From NCBI RefSeq assembly GCF_018350175.1, contig NC_058368.1, positions 222,706,001 through 222,770,000 of the forward strand: a stretch of 64,000 nt of DNA, given 5' to 3'. The stretch's first letter is position 1, and every line of letters starts with the position of its first letter. The notes beneath the pieces were generated by a model. The model ran no database searches and was not told the DNA's origin. It saw only the letters and a program-made list of their open reading frames with translations. Position numbers and translations under genes: made by a program. Below, piece after piece: positions 38,427-50,619 of this stretch. This stretch comes from Felis catus (lineage: Eukaryota).

Positions 38427-38643
38427 GGGGCGCCTGGGTGCCTCAGTTGGTTAAGCGTCCGACTTCAGCTCAGGTCATGATCTCGCGGTCCATGGGTTCG
38501 AGTCCCGGGTCGGGCTCTGGGCTGATGGCTCAGAGCCTGGAGCCTGCTTCCGATTCTGTGTCTCCCTCTCTCTCTGCCCCTCCCCCGTTCATGCTCTGTC
38601 TCTGTCTCAAAAATAAATAAAAAACGTTAAAAAAAATTAAAAA
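38427..38643 (+). mobile_element. Feline SINE (relatively young)
   Basis: CpG-rich; TSD aaaagttttag. Confidence 0.96.
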
Positions 38644-39085
38644 AAAAGTTTTAGTACTTAACAGGAATTGATTATTATCACTATTTTAAACTCTCTTAGA
38701 TAGGCTGGAGCATATAGAAAAAAATCTTTTCAGTTTGTATATGAAAATAATATTCCTGTATTTTGTCTAGACATTTTAGTAAAGTTGAATCTATTTGTCC
38801 AGAAGATAACATGAATGTTACAGTACAAACAAGACCCATCTAAGCATGAAAGAAAATCTAAATAAAAGTTAACATTTTCAATTTCCACCACAAACTGTGG
38901 TTTATTTTGTCTTTCATGCTCTTTTGTTACTTACGTAATTTCACATTGATTCAAAAAAAAAATTGCCATGAAATTTCAACCCAGAGTTCTAGAACTTCAG
39001 TTAACTTTGAGAAAAAAAATGTGATTCATTTTTTTTTTCTAATTTAAGGCATATCTACTAGTAAAAATATAAGAATGACAATCAA

Positions 39086-39286
39086 GAAGCGCCTAGTTGG
39101 CTCAGTCAGTTAAGCATCTGACTTCGGCTTAGGTCATGATCTTGTGGTTCATTGGTTTGAGCCCCACATTGGGCTCTGTGCCTACAGCTCAGGGCCTGGA
39201 GACTGCTTCAGATTCTGTGTCTACCTCTCTGTCTGCCCCTCCCCCACTCGTACTCTGTCTCTCAAAAATAAATAAACATTTTTTTC
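39086..39286 (+). mobile_element. Can-SINE ending in a T run, no A tail
   Basis: Body, then aataaacattttttt; degenerate TSD tg(a/g)caatca. Confidence 0.9.
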
Positions 39287-41213
39287 AGTGGCAATCAGAA
39301 GGATCTCGAAAGATATATGTTTGATCTTGAACTAGGATACAATTAGTATTACAGATGTATTCCAAACTATTTGTGAATTACAATTAACTAACAGGTCACG
39401 GAATCTCAGTTATCCAAACTTCTGAACTCTTACAAAGAAGTATTTTTACAGGGAAAACATTCTGATTGATTACATTATCCACCTAAAAGATTTAAGTAGA
39501 AATCACTTCGTTATTAGGATTTGGAAGTTTTGCCAGTTCACTTGTCAAAATATGCAACACCGACTACTAGCTGCATGATCGTGGCCAATTTACTAAAATC
39601 TGCCATCACATCATCTTTAAAAATAAATATAACCTCTTTTAGAATCATTTGCTTTCTTTCCAAACTGGGCACGCAATCCTATTAGCTAAAAGGGGGAGGG
39701 AACTTATTAACCACATCTAGATGGGACATATTGAGCCAGTATTCAGGAACTTGAATTCACTGTTGAGGAGGTAACATTGAAATGTAAATGCCTAAAGCAC
39801 AATTTGCCATTAAAATTAACACATACAAATTTAAACCACATTTTCTTTGTTAGTTTATTTTGGCACCTACTTGCCATTTAATAAACATTTTCTATGAGAA
39901 AGCATGTTTTCCGGCATCTGCCTCTTTTTGTAGCATCCTATATTTCAATGACTGTGACTTTTATGTAGAAATTAAGAACAGCTCCTTTTATTATTTCCTC
40001 TTCAAGTAATACTTTTAATTTGTTAACAAAGCGTATCATCATACATGTCCATATAGAATCGTATACATACATTTTCGTACAAACACACACTTGGGGGTTG
40101 CCTATATCTTGTATGCCAAAAGAGCAACAAAAATCTTATTACTTAAGTTCTAAATACAGTAGACATGTGGTTTGTTTTGAGTACTTTTGTAAAGACATCA
40201 TTTAAAAAGATGAAAAGCCATCCAAAAGCTCTCTTCTGGTTTTTAGAATCATCACTTGCTCTAAATATTGAAAGCTCCGTTTATGAAGTAAGATTCAAGG
40301 GATTCAAATTCCCTGCATGTCACAGCATGCTGAACACGGTGAAAGACTGGCTCACCTAGTCTGTCAGAAGAAATGTCTTAGAAGGATACAGGAAATTGCT
40401 TCCAGATCTCCTTCTTGAACCAAAGCATTTTTAACATGAATGTACTGTTATGTATGTGTATGTATAGACCAAGTTGAAATGCTATTAGAGACTGCAACAT
40501 TGTGATACCTAAGTATTTAAAAATATGGACAAAAGTATCTTCAATGACTATCAAACATTTAGAATTCCATTCTTACATTTTATAGCTCTGGGATAGATGT
40601 TTTGAAATTACACTAGCGTGTTGAAATTTGAAAAGGATCAAAATATCCTTTTTCACTGAAACAAGATGCATGACATTTTCAGAAGTGCAAGGTATAAAAA
40701 AGAAATGGCATCCGTGGAAATGACAGGTAGGACAGCCAATCAGCCCACGAGAGATATGCCATTGTTGAAGGCAACTCCAAATGCACTGAACAGCTTGAGT
40801 AGGCTTTTATAGTATCTCATGCTCAGGTTTGACATTAGAATCTTGAATGGGGTTAGAAGACATCTTAAGAAAACTAAACATGTTTTTAATCTTCATGCTA
40901 TCAAAAGCTAAAATATTGTAGTGTTGTCTGGAACATTGTCATGTGATTTCAAGTGTTCAGTAATATTTAATAAAATAGTACATATGTGAATAAACAATTT
41001 TGTGTTTGTAAATACCTAACACATAATTGAGGAAGTTAAATAATGAAAACATTGAGAAATTTCCCTTAGGATATATATTCCCATACTTTGAAGCAACATT
41101 AGCTTTTGGAAATACTGTAGCTATATAGGGATACTATGGTGTAGTGAACTTACAAATTCTGAAATCTGTTGTTTTATGAACATGTCATTAGTTGTACTTA
41201 AAATTTAATAACA

Positions 41214-41374
41214 GGGGCACCTGAGTGGCTCAGTTGGTTAAGCATCTGACTTCACCTCAGGTCAAGATCTCTCAGTTCATGAGTTCAAGCCCCATGTAGG
41301 GCTCTGTGGTGACAGCTCAGAGTCTGGAATTCTCTGTCTCCCTCTCTGTTTCTGCTCCTCCCATACTTGTGTTC

Positions 41375-41414
<40 letters not shown>

Positions 41415-41443
41415 AGAAATAAATAAGTAAACATTTTTAAAAA
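41214..41443 (+). mobile_element. Can-SINE
   Basis: Head, (CT)n, AATAAA. Confidence 0.93.
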
Positions 41444-41594
41444 CTTTAATAAAAAGTTAAAATTACTTGAAGTGGAAATAATAAAATTAACTGTTATTTA
41501 ATTTCTAATTGAAAGTCACATTTATGTAAATCTAAGACATTAGGGAAAGAGGGAGTTGCCTGAAGACATACCTTCTCATAGAAAATATTTATTA

Positions 41595-41818
41595 GGGTCG
41601 CCTGAGTGGCTCAGTCGGTTGAGCGTCCCACTTCGGCTCAGGTCATGATCTCACGGTCCGTGGGTTCAAGCCCCACGTCGGGCTCTGTGCTGACAGGTCA
41701 GAGCCTGGAGCCTGTTTCAGATTCTCTGTCTCCCTCTTTCTCTGACCCTCCCCTGTTCATGCTCTCTCTCTCTCTCTGTCTCAAAAATAAATAAAATGTT
41801 AAAAAAATTAAAAAAAAA
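41595..41818 (+). mobile_element. Can-SINE
   Basis: TSD agaaaatatttatta. Confidence 0.96.
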
Positions 41819-42735
41819 GAAAATATTTATTAAATGGCAGCCATGTATATATGTACTACACATATAGATTATATATATTTATATTATATACAATCTATAT
41901 ATGTAGATTAAAAACAGCAATAATATATATATATATACATAATTTATATATCTGTATATTATACAGATATTAAAAACAAGTATATTTCTTATCACTTATA
42001 AAACAATAAATAATAAAATGCTATTGATCTAGTCCTATGAAACCAATACTTTTCCTTGAGAAATAAAGAATCCTGAATCCTATTGGTAAATGGTTAGAAA
42101 TATTTATATGAATCAGAATTCAGTGTAGGAAGGAGAAAACTCTGGGTTTTAAGATCGAATACACAAGAAATGAGGTACATCAACACCCTTGAAGGATTAG
42201 AGGGGACGACTCAAGCCCACGACAGGACATTTTGTCTCAAGGCCCTGCTTCCATGGTGATGATTCCGAGGTCTAGAAAATTGCAGTCATTGAAGCCAGTG
42301 GCAACTCTCTCCTAGCTGCCTGCCACTCACAAACTGTTGCCTATTTGGACAAGGTTCTTGTCCTACAAACTCTCCTGTCTCTTGTTCCTCTATGTCCCGG
42401 CCATCATTGCAAATTTCCTATCAATCCATCTCATCGACAAAAGCATATCTTGTCTAGAATCTGCGTAACAGGATCCTGCTTCCAGCTTCTGAGATTCTGA
42501 AGTTAACAGAGAAGGTATGAAAAATGTTGCCAAAATCTGGTAGACAACATCTAGTAAAATTCATCTCTTCACTCTTGAACATTAATTCACACCACTTTTA
42601 CGTATATTTAAATGTGAAAACAGCAGAAGGAAAAACCACATGCTCCCGTCTAATGCCGTGAAGACTCCTTCATGTTCCTGAAACATGCTAGCTCTTTGTC
42701 AAAAAAAGGAGATCCAAAACCCATCGGTTCTGTTC

Positions 42736-42945
42736 CTTTTCTTTTCTTTTTTTTTCTTTTCTTTTTTTTTTTTTTTGGAGAGAGTGTATACACATATGTG
42801 TATGGGTGGGGGGGGGCAGAGGGTCAGAGGTAGAAAGAGAATCTTAAGCAGGCTCCATACTCAGCTCGGAGTCAGACCCTGGGATCATAACCCTGAGCTA
42901 AAATCAAGAGTCAGACCCCAAACAACTGAGCCACCCAGATGCCCC
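42736..42945 (-). mobile_element. Can-SINE (older subfamily)
   Basis: TSD ggttctgtt(c/t)cttt. Confidence 0.88.
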
Positions 42946-43436
42946 GTTTGGTTCTGTTTCTTTCTCTTGGTAATATCCATTCTCAATCTAATTTGATCAC
43001 ATTTCTATTTCCATATCCAGAATCCTGCACGTTAAATCATAAAGATGAACATCATCAATGAAATATTTAGAAAATTGAGTCATATGAGATAGAGTAAAAT
43101 TTCTATAATACAAATATAAGTGTACAGACAGAATATATTATTTAATATGAAATGTTTATGTAATAAATTTAGCCTATGCTATTCAATTATCTTTAACTTA
43201 GCCATGTTTACAAGACTAGACTTATTACTTCACCTTTCCATATCATATTGGTATAGCAACATACTTTCACCTTCATAATCAGTATCAATCAGTCAGTGAA
43301 AAAAGACAAACCCCTTTTAGATTCGTTCGATGGCAAGAAGTTTCCCAAATCACCCATGGGAGCCCATGACATCATTTCTTTTGTTTAAGCTCTCTAATAT
43401 GTGTTTCCAATAAAACATAAGATACAGTAATTTAAA

Positions 43437-43654
43437 GGGGCGCCAGAGTGGCTCAGTCGGTTAAGGGTCTGACTTTGGCTCAGGTCATGATCTCACAGTT
43501 GGTAGGTTTGAGCCCCGCAAGGGCTCTGTGCTGACCGCTCAGAGCCTGGAGCCAGCTTCAGATTCTGTGTCTCCCCCTCTCTCTGCCCCTCCCCTGCTCA
43601 TGCTCTGTCTCTCTCTGTCTCTCAATAATAAATAAACATTAAAAACATTTAAAA
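43437..43654 (+). mobile_element. Can-SINE
   Basis: TSD aag(a/g)tacagta(a/g)tttaaa. Confidence 0.95.
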
Positions 43655-46600
43655 AGGTACAGTAGTTTAAATATTATAATTCTACATATTCAACGTATGC
43701 TATGAAATTACTTCTTTTCCTATATTAACAATGACATCTCTTTCCTACAAGATATTCCATTTTTGTTTCCACTATTCATCTTCAAATTAATCTTTGAAAA
43801 CATAAAGAGGTGTGTTGAAAGAGGAAGCAAAGCCAAAATTTCCAGCTCAAAAATCAGGATAAATGAAGTATGGTATCACATTAGTTCTGTACATAGATAT
43901 TGATGAAAGAAATCAGAGAAGAAATATATGAAGAAAAATAGGAGAAGTTGAATTCATTTGAAGTAGAAGGCAATGAATTGGCTACATGTTATTTTGTTTA
44001 TAATGACATATTTGCATATAGATGCATATATTTGTAATGCACATGAAGTATACACACATACACCAATTAACATATGCAGCATTTCATAATCCTATAAAAG
44101 AATTTGGATGTTCACATATCATATTTTTATAAACAAGGTAAGTTACATTATTTATGTCATGTTACTTTGTATTACATTATTTCAAATAATTCATTGTACT
44201 TTTATTTACTGCTACAGTAAATTTAAGATGCATTATTTAAACAGTTAACTTAAATATATAATATGGGTAGATGCCTGTTTATTGGCATTTAGCATACTAA
44301 TCAACACTTAAAATACAAATTCTAATCCATAATGTTTGAATACACACTCCACAAATTGTCAGTATTAATCATTAGAGTAATAAATTTCAGGTCATATATG
44401 AGTGGTGTTTGTGATTATATATGTAAGTTTGAAAGAAAATTTAGTTGTTTCTTTTGAGTATGATTACCATAGAATAAGAAAATACAAGCATTAGGTACTA
44501 ACAAAAAATTGAAGGCTTAAAATATGATTAAACCTTTTAATTTATATTATCTCAAATTGAGCAATAAAGAAATTAGACTAACATGAAACATTCGCATCTT
44601 TCAAAAATATTACCCACGTGTACCCAAAGTCATAATGTGCATTTATGATGTAATACATTTGATGAGATAATTTACAGAATGTTAAGAGGAAGAAATAAGC
44701 AAGTACATTAGCAAGAACAGCTTTTTCAATGATATAATTATTCTCTCAAAATTCTCGAGAACAGATTTCAAAACTACATATGCTGAGCATGTACTAGGAA
44801 TGTGCTTGTGTGTTAGAAGGATGTAAAGAAAATAAAACCATGGACATTCCAGTGAAAAAAAATTTACAGTACTCATATTTTTGAATTTGCTATACTTTAA
44901 AAGATTTTCTGGTAATAAGCAATGATGCTTGTACTTTAATTTTTAAAACTTCTTTTAAAATCTAAAAGTACTAATATCCCATTATAATAATTTGGAAGCC
45001 GTGATGCCAGACAGCTGTTGGAATTTCCTAATAACTTATGTGGAGTTAATTGGCTCTGAGATATGACAAAGACTGGATATAGTTTTTCAAAACCCATAAT
45101 TATTTTCTATATGTTGGGAATGCTAAAATTATAAATTGGGTTGTATGGCACAAATATGTGATATATAGATTTTATCAATTAGCTAGGTTGTTCTTAGCCA
45201 TAATTTGATTTGGTGATTTTCACACTGAAATTGTGAACTTTTGCATTTTATTCTAGAAGTAGCTATGATTTATTAGTGAAAAGTGGAAAATTAGAAAGAC
45301 ATTTGGGACATAATTGGGGCAATTATATATACCTTGCTATTGGGTCTCTCAGTGAGGTACGTAACTGAAATTCCTTTTCTTAGCGGAAGATGAAGTAAAT
45401 CCTCAAATAGATAAAAATCAAGAGCCAATATATTTTTAATTAAATACAAATAATCAATATCACTGACTTGGTTTTTCATTTAAATGTATTTGAATATGAA
45501 AATATGCAATTTTTTAATGTTTAACATCAGTACTTTTGACACCCAATGTCTTTGTTTCGCTATCAATGTCTTTGATTTGACACCCGATGTCTATGTGGCG
45601 CCATATTGGCCTTTATTCTTGGTTCCACGCAATATCAAACCTATATTCCTGTCCATATTGGGGTTTAAGCCACACGCGTTGTCATATTCAGGAAACATAA
45701 CTGGCCTTTTGTCTTTTTTGTTGGAAATGAGTTAATTATTTGCATAACCAGCAACCATTACACACACATCATCTTGAATGGAGACTCCACAGAATGAAAA
45801 GTTTTCGCCAACTCAAGCCTCCAGTCAACCTTAAAACACCGGTATAGTAATAGTGACAGAATGAGAAGAGACATGTCAGGAGAGAGAAAATATCAGAGAG
45901 AAAAATTAACAGCTAGAGTCACAAAGTGCCTGAGGCTTGAAATAAAGGAGAGAAGGAGACAGACCAGATACTGCTAATAAGGGAGTGAAAGGACTCATTT
46001 CCTTCCAGCCACCCTGCTTAGCTTCCAGTAGATTGTTGCCATGTGACAGAATCACACCTTAGCAACAGTCTCCTATTTGACATCTGTCCATCATGTGATC
46101 GTTTCAAAGATGTAAATTTCCCCATTGTTTCCTAATAAGGGAAATAGCTAAGGAAAAAGAGCAAACAGGTTTTCCTTACCATTCTCATTGAATATCATTC
46201 CCTACGCATTCTAACTAATCTCCTTCTATAAAATAATCCACTAGACATCATAAAGGAAAAACTATTATAACATCCCTAAGATCCTGTAATCCAAAAAAAT
46301 TAAAAAAATCAGCCAAAGAAACCCAAGGAGTGTTCAGTAAGCTAATATATCTGAAAACCTCTATCAGTAGAAGAGTATGAATTTCAAAAATAAATTCTGT
46401 AATAAATAGAAAATTTGAACAAAATGATAACCCTGTAATATAATTTAAAATTTCTGAAGAATCTCCCTGCGAACAGTTCTCTGGTAATTGGATTAAGTTA
46501 AAGTTATTTTAATTTAAAAAATCGTAATCAGTAGAAGATTTTAAACAGAGAAGAGTTAAAGAACTTTATAATTTATGCTCCATTATTGTTTTAACATCAT

Positions 46601-46714
46601 GTGAAACTTGAAAAAGGGACTAAGAAGTATTCTTGCAGAAATCCTAATTAAAATAATAGAAAGTCAAGTGTTTTTTAAAAACATAATATAAAAAGGCATT
46701 TAATAGGTATAATA

Positions 46715-47250
46715 ATGGGGATTATTTCAGTGGAAATGAACAAACCCAAGTCAACTGGCTAAAGCAAAATTGGATAATAATTGAGAAACTGAGCTCTAAA
46801 CTTAGTTCCATTTCTGAAAGCAAAGTGTTCAAAATGCCTTTAAAATCTGCCTTTTGCCAGCTTTTTGTTCTGTTTGCTTTATGTTGGTTTTCTATTCAGG
46901 CTTTTTTTTCCCCCCATGTGGTGACAATGATGGCTGACATCAGTCTGAGAATTATTTTCTGTTAAGTGAATCACTCCAGTGAACATAGTACATCTCAACA
47001 AATTCTATAGGATAGGGAATAACTGGCCTGACCTAGTAATATGATGCAATCTCAGCCAATCACTGTAGCCAGCAGAATGCAGAACTTTTTAAGGCTAGTC
47101 ATGGATAACAACATCCTTATTTCTAGAAACAGGACTTGAGGTTTGGAGTATATTTAAATTTCATGGATTTAAAGTAATTCAAGAATTACTTCCCAAGGCA
47201 AATTTAGAATTCTGTTACCAGAAGGTAGATGAGATAAATAGTTGGTACTT
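46715..47250 (-). mobile_element. Old MaLR LTR (MLT1J/K-like)
   Basis: aaacccaagtcaactggctaaagcaaaa; ccatgtggtgacaatgatggctg; ccaatcactgtagccag; ctgttaccagaagg. Confidence 0.7.
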
Positions 47251-47483
47251 TTCATGGTATTCTTCTAAGGGGTTCTCTTGAGAAACATGTAATTTAGTTT
47301 TGCAGACAACCGGAATCATTGTGACAACTTTCATGACTCAGGGCACATCTAAATTCTTAATGGTCAACCTGCAGCAGTTCCAATGGTAATATCAGCTCCT
47401 AATACTTCTATTAAAGATCTTTCTCCTTGAAATACACATTTCCATAATATTTATTCCTGACTGAACAAATGATGACCTGACTA

Positions 47484-47486
<3 letters not shown>

Positions 47487-47526
<40 letters not shown>
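47487..47526. repeat. (TA)n microsatellite
   Basis: Visible directly. Confidence 0.97.
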
Positions 47527-47530
<4 letters not shown>

Positions 47531-47639
47531 ATATTATTATGTACATTTATATCTATATACATTGTTATCCACCCAGACTATCCAACTGAAAAACTTTTAG
47601 AAGTTGTGATTACTACAAATAAACGACACACATACCTTT

Positions 47640-47990
47640 CAAAATCAACCAGCTGAAATCCTAATACCAAAAAAAGCTACCAGAATATAAATGTCCATGA
47701 ATATACCTTATGCAAAATTGATCATGTTACTTCTGGACTTAAAGCCTATGAATGACTCATCATTCTTGTCATTAACAATGAAATCCTTAATTTGACCTAT
47801 GATGGATGGAATAATGTATTTTCTATCTTTTTCTCCAAAGTCAGCTAGTTCTTTGTCCAGTATTTTCACTCCCTCCCAGATAGAAACTCTCTGGGTCTAG
47901 AAGGATGTCGATCCTGTTCATGACTCTATCCAGCCAAGGTCTGGAACATCACAAGAATTCAGTAAATGTTTGTTGAATTATTGATGAAAC
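47640..47990 (+). mobile_element. L2 3' relic
   Basis: ttgatcatgttacttctggacttaaagcc; ends cagtaaatgtttgttgaattattgatga. Confidence 0.65.
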
Positions 47991-48429
47991 AAGCATGGAT
48001 CCTTACACAATGAAAAACTAAAATCTTGTAAAGAAACATGTGTTTCTTTTGTATACAAAATTAAATATTGTAAAAAAATGCAATACTACTGAATTATTTT
48101 ACACATTGAATTCAAATATAATCAGAATTTTAATAGATGTTTTGATCTGGCAACAAGATGGATTAATATTCAAGGTCTTCCTGACTAATAGACAAATTTA
48201 AGAGGTGTCCACTAGAAGAGGGGAAAACTAAAAAGATATATATTATATGCATGAATATATATTCATAAAACTGGAAAAATGTGATAGCTTATCCTGCCTG
48301 TTATTCAAATGTATGAGGGACTTATGCTACTTAAACCAATGAGGTTCTGCTGTAAGAATAATCAAGAGTACAAGAAATGAGAAACAAATTCAAGAAATAC
48401 ACTTTTGTACAAATGATTGAATTTTAATC

Positions 48430-48860
48430 CGAGGTTATTTGGTTGCAAAGAAAATAATCTACAATGTCAATGTAAGTGAAAAAGTGGAGTTTGTTGGAAT
48501 GACAAAATTATACCTCTCAGCAAACACTGCCTACCCTCCTCTCAATAAATATACTGGAAATCTACCAGGGGCCATAGCAGCTACCTTCCCTGATTTACTT
48601 TTTCTCCTTGAGATCTATCTCCACTTATTTTAGACATTTATTTTATTATTTAATTTCTCTCCCTGTAGGTCAAAGTTTTCATGTGGAAGGTGGTTTCTCA
48701 AGCTCTGGGTTTTTTACCTGGTTTTCTCTATGGTAGCCAACACTAAATATGTTGGCTACAGTCTCTAAGAGCCAGTTCCAACGTTTTAACAGTGAGAACT
48801 GATTGACATATGCCCAGTACTGGGCCCCATATGCACTTCCCTCTCATCAATCAAAGACAA
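48430..48860 (-). mobile_element. Possible very old MaLR LTR relic
   Basis: gttatttggttgcaaag start and gtgagaactgattgac motif only. Confidence 0.3.
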
Positions 48861-49099
48861 CTACATCTCTGAGAATTAAGTAATCAAGAGAGAGTGCCAA
48901 CTTACAAAAAGTGATTGGAATTCTTAGTGTACTAAAATCTACAATAGAGAGCAAAAATTATTAATGACTGGAGCTGAAAGAATTACTTAAATCCACTTAG
49001 AAAGAAAGTATGAGCTTCTGGTCTAATACTTCAAGGGTGAATAAATGTCAGTTGGATTAAAGAAGTAAAGCTAAAAGAAGGCTAGAAAAAACATGATTA

Positions 49100-50023
49100 T
49101 TTCAATCTTTCTTAGAATTAACAAGATCTTTCTAAACACTAAAATTAGACACCAAGGAGATATGGCTACCTAAAAATTGTGTTCTCTATTTCACAAAACA
49201 ACATAACTGATAATGAAAGCACAGTGATGCTTTCATAAACTTTTAGGGAAAAAAAGATGCACAAATTATGTGGCACACTACGAAGACAGTGTTCATACTA
49301 TTAGACTGCACTGACAAATCAATAAGGCGAAGTTTGAGGCAGATGAGGGGAAAACATGAATAGCACATTAAAAAGGCACAAAAGAACATGGATGACATGT
49401 ATTTTTTTAATCTTATTTATTTTGAAAGAGAGGGAGCGTGAGGGAGGGAGGGGCAGAGAGAGAGGAAGAGAGAGAATCCCAAGCACGTTCTACACTGTAT
49501 GTGTAGAACCTGGCATGGATCTTGATCGCACCAACTGTGAGATCATGATCTGAGCCAAAGCCAAGAGTCAGATGCTTAACTGGCTGAGCCAGCCCGGGCA
49601 CCCCAATAGATGACATATATTATAAACAATGTCTCTTCTTACTGTTAATCTGAAATAGGTAGGTTTATCAGATACTGAGATGTTATTATCAATATTATCA
49701 AGCATAAACAAAAACAACTCCAATAAAAATATAACAATAATTTCTGGGTTTAAACAATTATAACAACTAAGAAATGTGCTGTTGTTGAAACTTGTAATTG
49801 ATATACTTTAAGAGACATAGGAATTTATTTAGAAATCCATAGAAACTATACAATGTTAATAGTATAATTTCATTCTAAAAATATGATAAATGCAAGTGAA
49901 GTGAACAAAGTTATGAGTACAAGGAATGATAATTATCACAACATTATTTATAATATTAAAACAGGGAAAAATGCCAAAATAGGGGATTAGTGAAGCTGTC
50001 ACACATCCATACAATGGAATGAG

Positions 50024-50062
<39 letters not shown>

Positions 50063-50290
50063 CATCTAATCAGTTTAAAAAGCCAAGAGTACCTAAATAA
50101 GTATAAAGGTTCTAACATGAAATAATACTTTAAGTATTATAATATTATAAATTATATAGAGTAAGACTTAAATTTGGGAAGATACATTGAAATGTCAACA
50201 GTTTGACCTATTGAGCATCAGTGACTTTTATTCTCTGTTATTTTCTTTATTTCTTTGTTTTTCAATAAATACCTTCAATACAGTTGTATT
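49100..50290 (+). mobile_element. Very old L1 (L1M-type) 3' relic with nested SINE and (TA)n at 50025-50061
   Basis: acaaggaatgataattatcacaacattatttataata..taggggattag..catccatacaatggaat. Confidence 0.55.
49402..49604 (-). mobile_element. Can-SINE
   Basis: TSD gatgacat(g/a)tatt. Confidence 0.92.
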
Positions 50291-50339
50291 AAAAAGCATC
50301 ACAAAAATTTAAGAGTATGAAGATCCTATGGCATTCGAT

Positions 50340-50550
50340 AGTCATATGTTTGAATTTCATTTTTCCAACTCATCATAAAGAGAACCTTGAGAGAGTCACT
50401 TGATGCTTTAATGCTTTTATTTTACTGTAGAATTATAATATTTATGCCTACTCCTATCTTTTGGGTGAATTATTCTGTGGATTCGATGAAATAATATGCT
50501 GATTACAATGCTTATAATACAGCAAGTGTTTAACACTTGATATCACTAGT
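50340..50550 (+). mobile_element. MIR relic
   Basis: tttgaatttca..ccttgagagagtcacttgatgc..ttctgtggattcgatgaaataat. Confidence 0.55.
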
Positions 50551-50619
50551 GTAATATATACATTACTTAAAAATAAACTTCAAAAGATGGTGCAGACAAA
50601 TTTGTGTATCAAAAAACAT

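Noticed and set aside
45333..45401. Minus-strand 69-nt candidate exon DLLHLPLRKGISVTYLTERPNSK
   Set aside because: Non-consensus GAG acceptor, weak gtatat donor, no recognised protein.
45601..45661. ccatattgg twice as SRF CArG boxes
   Set aside because: Only five A/T between CC and GG; the consensus needs six.
48733..48759. 10-bp inverted repeat gtagccaaca/tgttggctac
   Set aside because: Isolated; compatible with chance in 64 kb.
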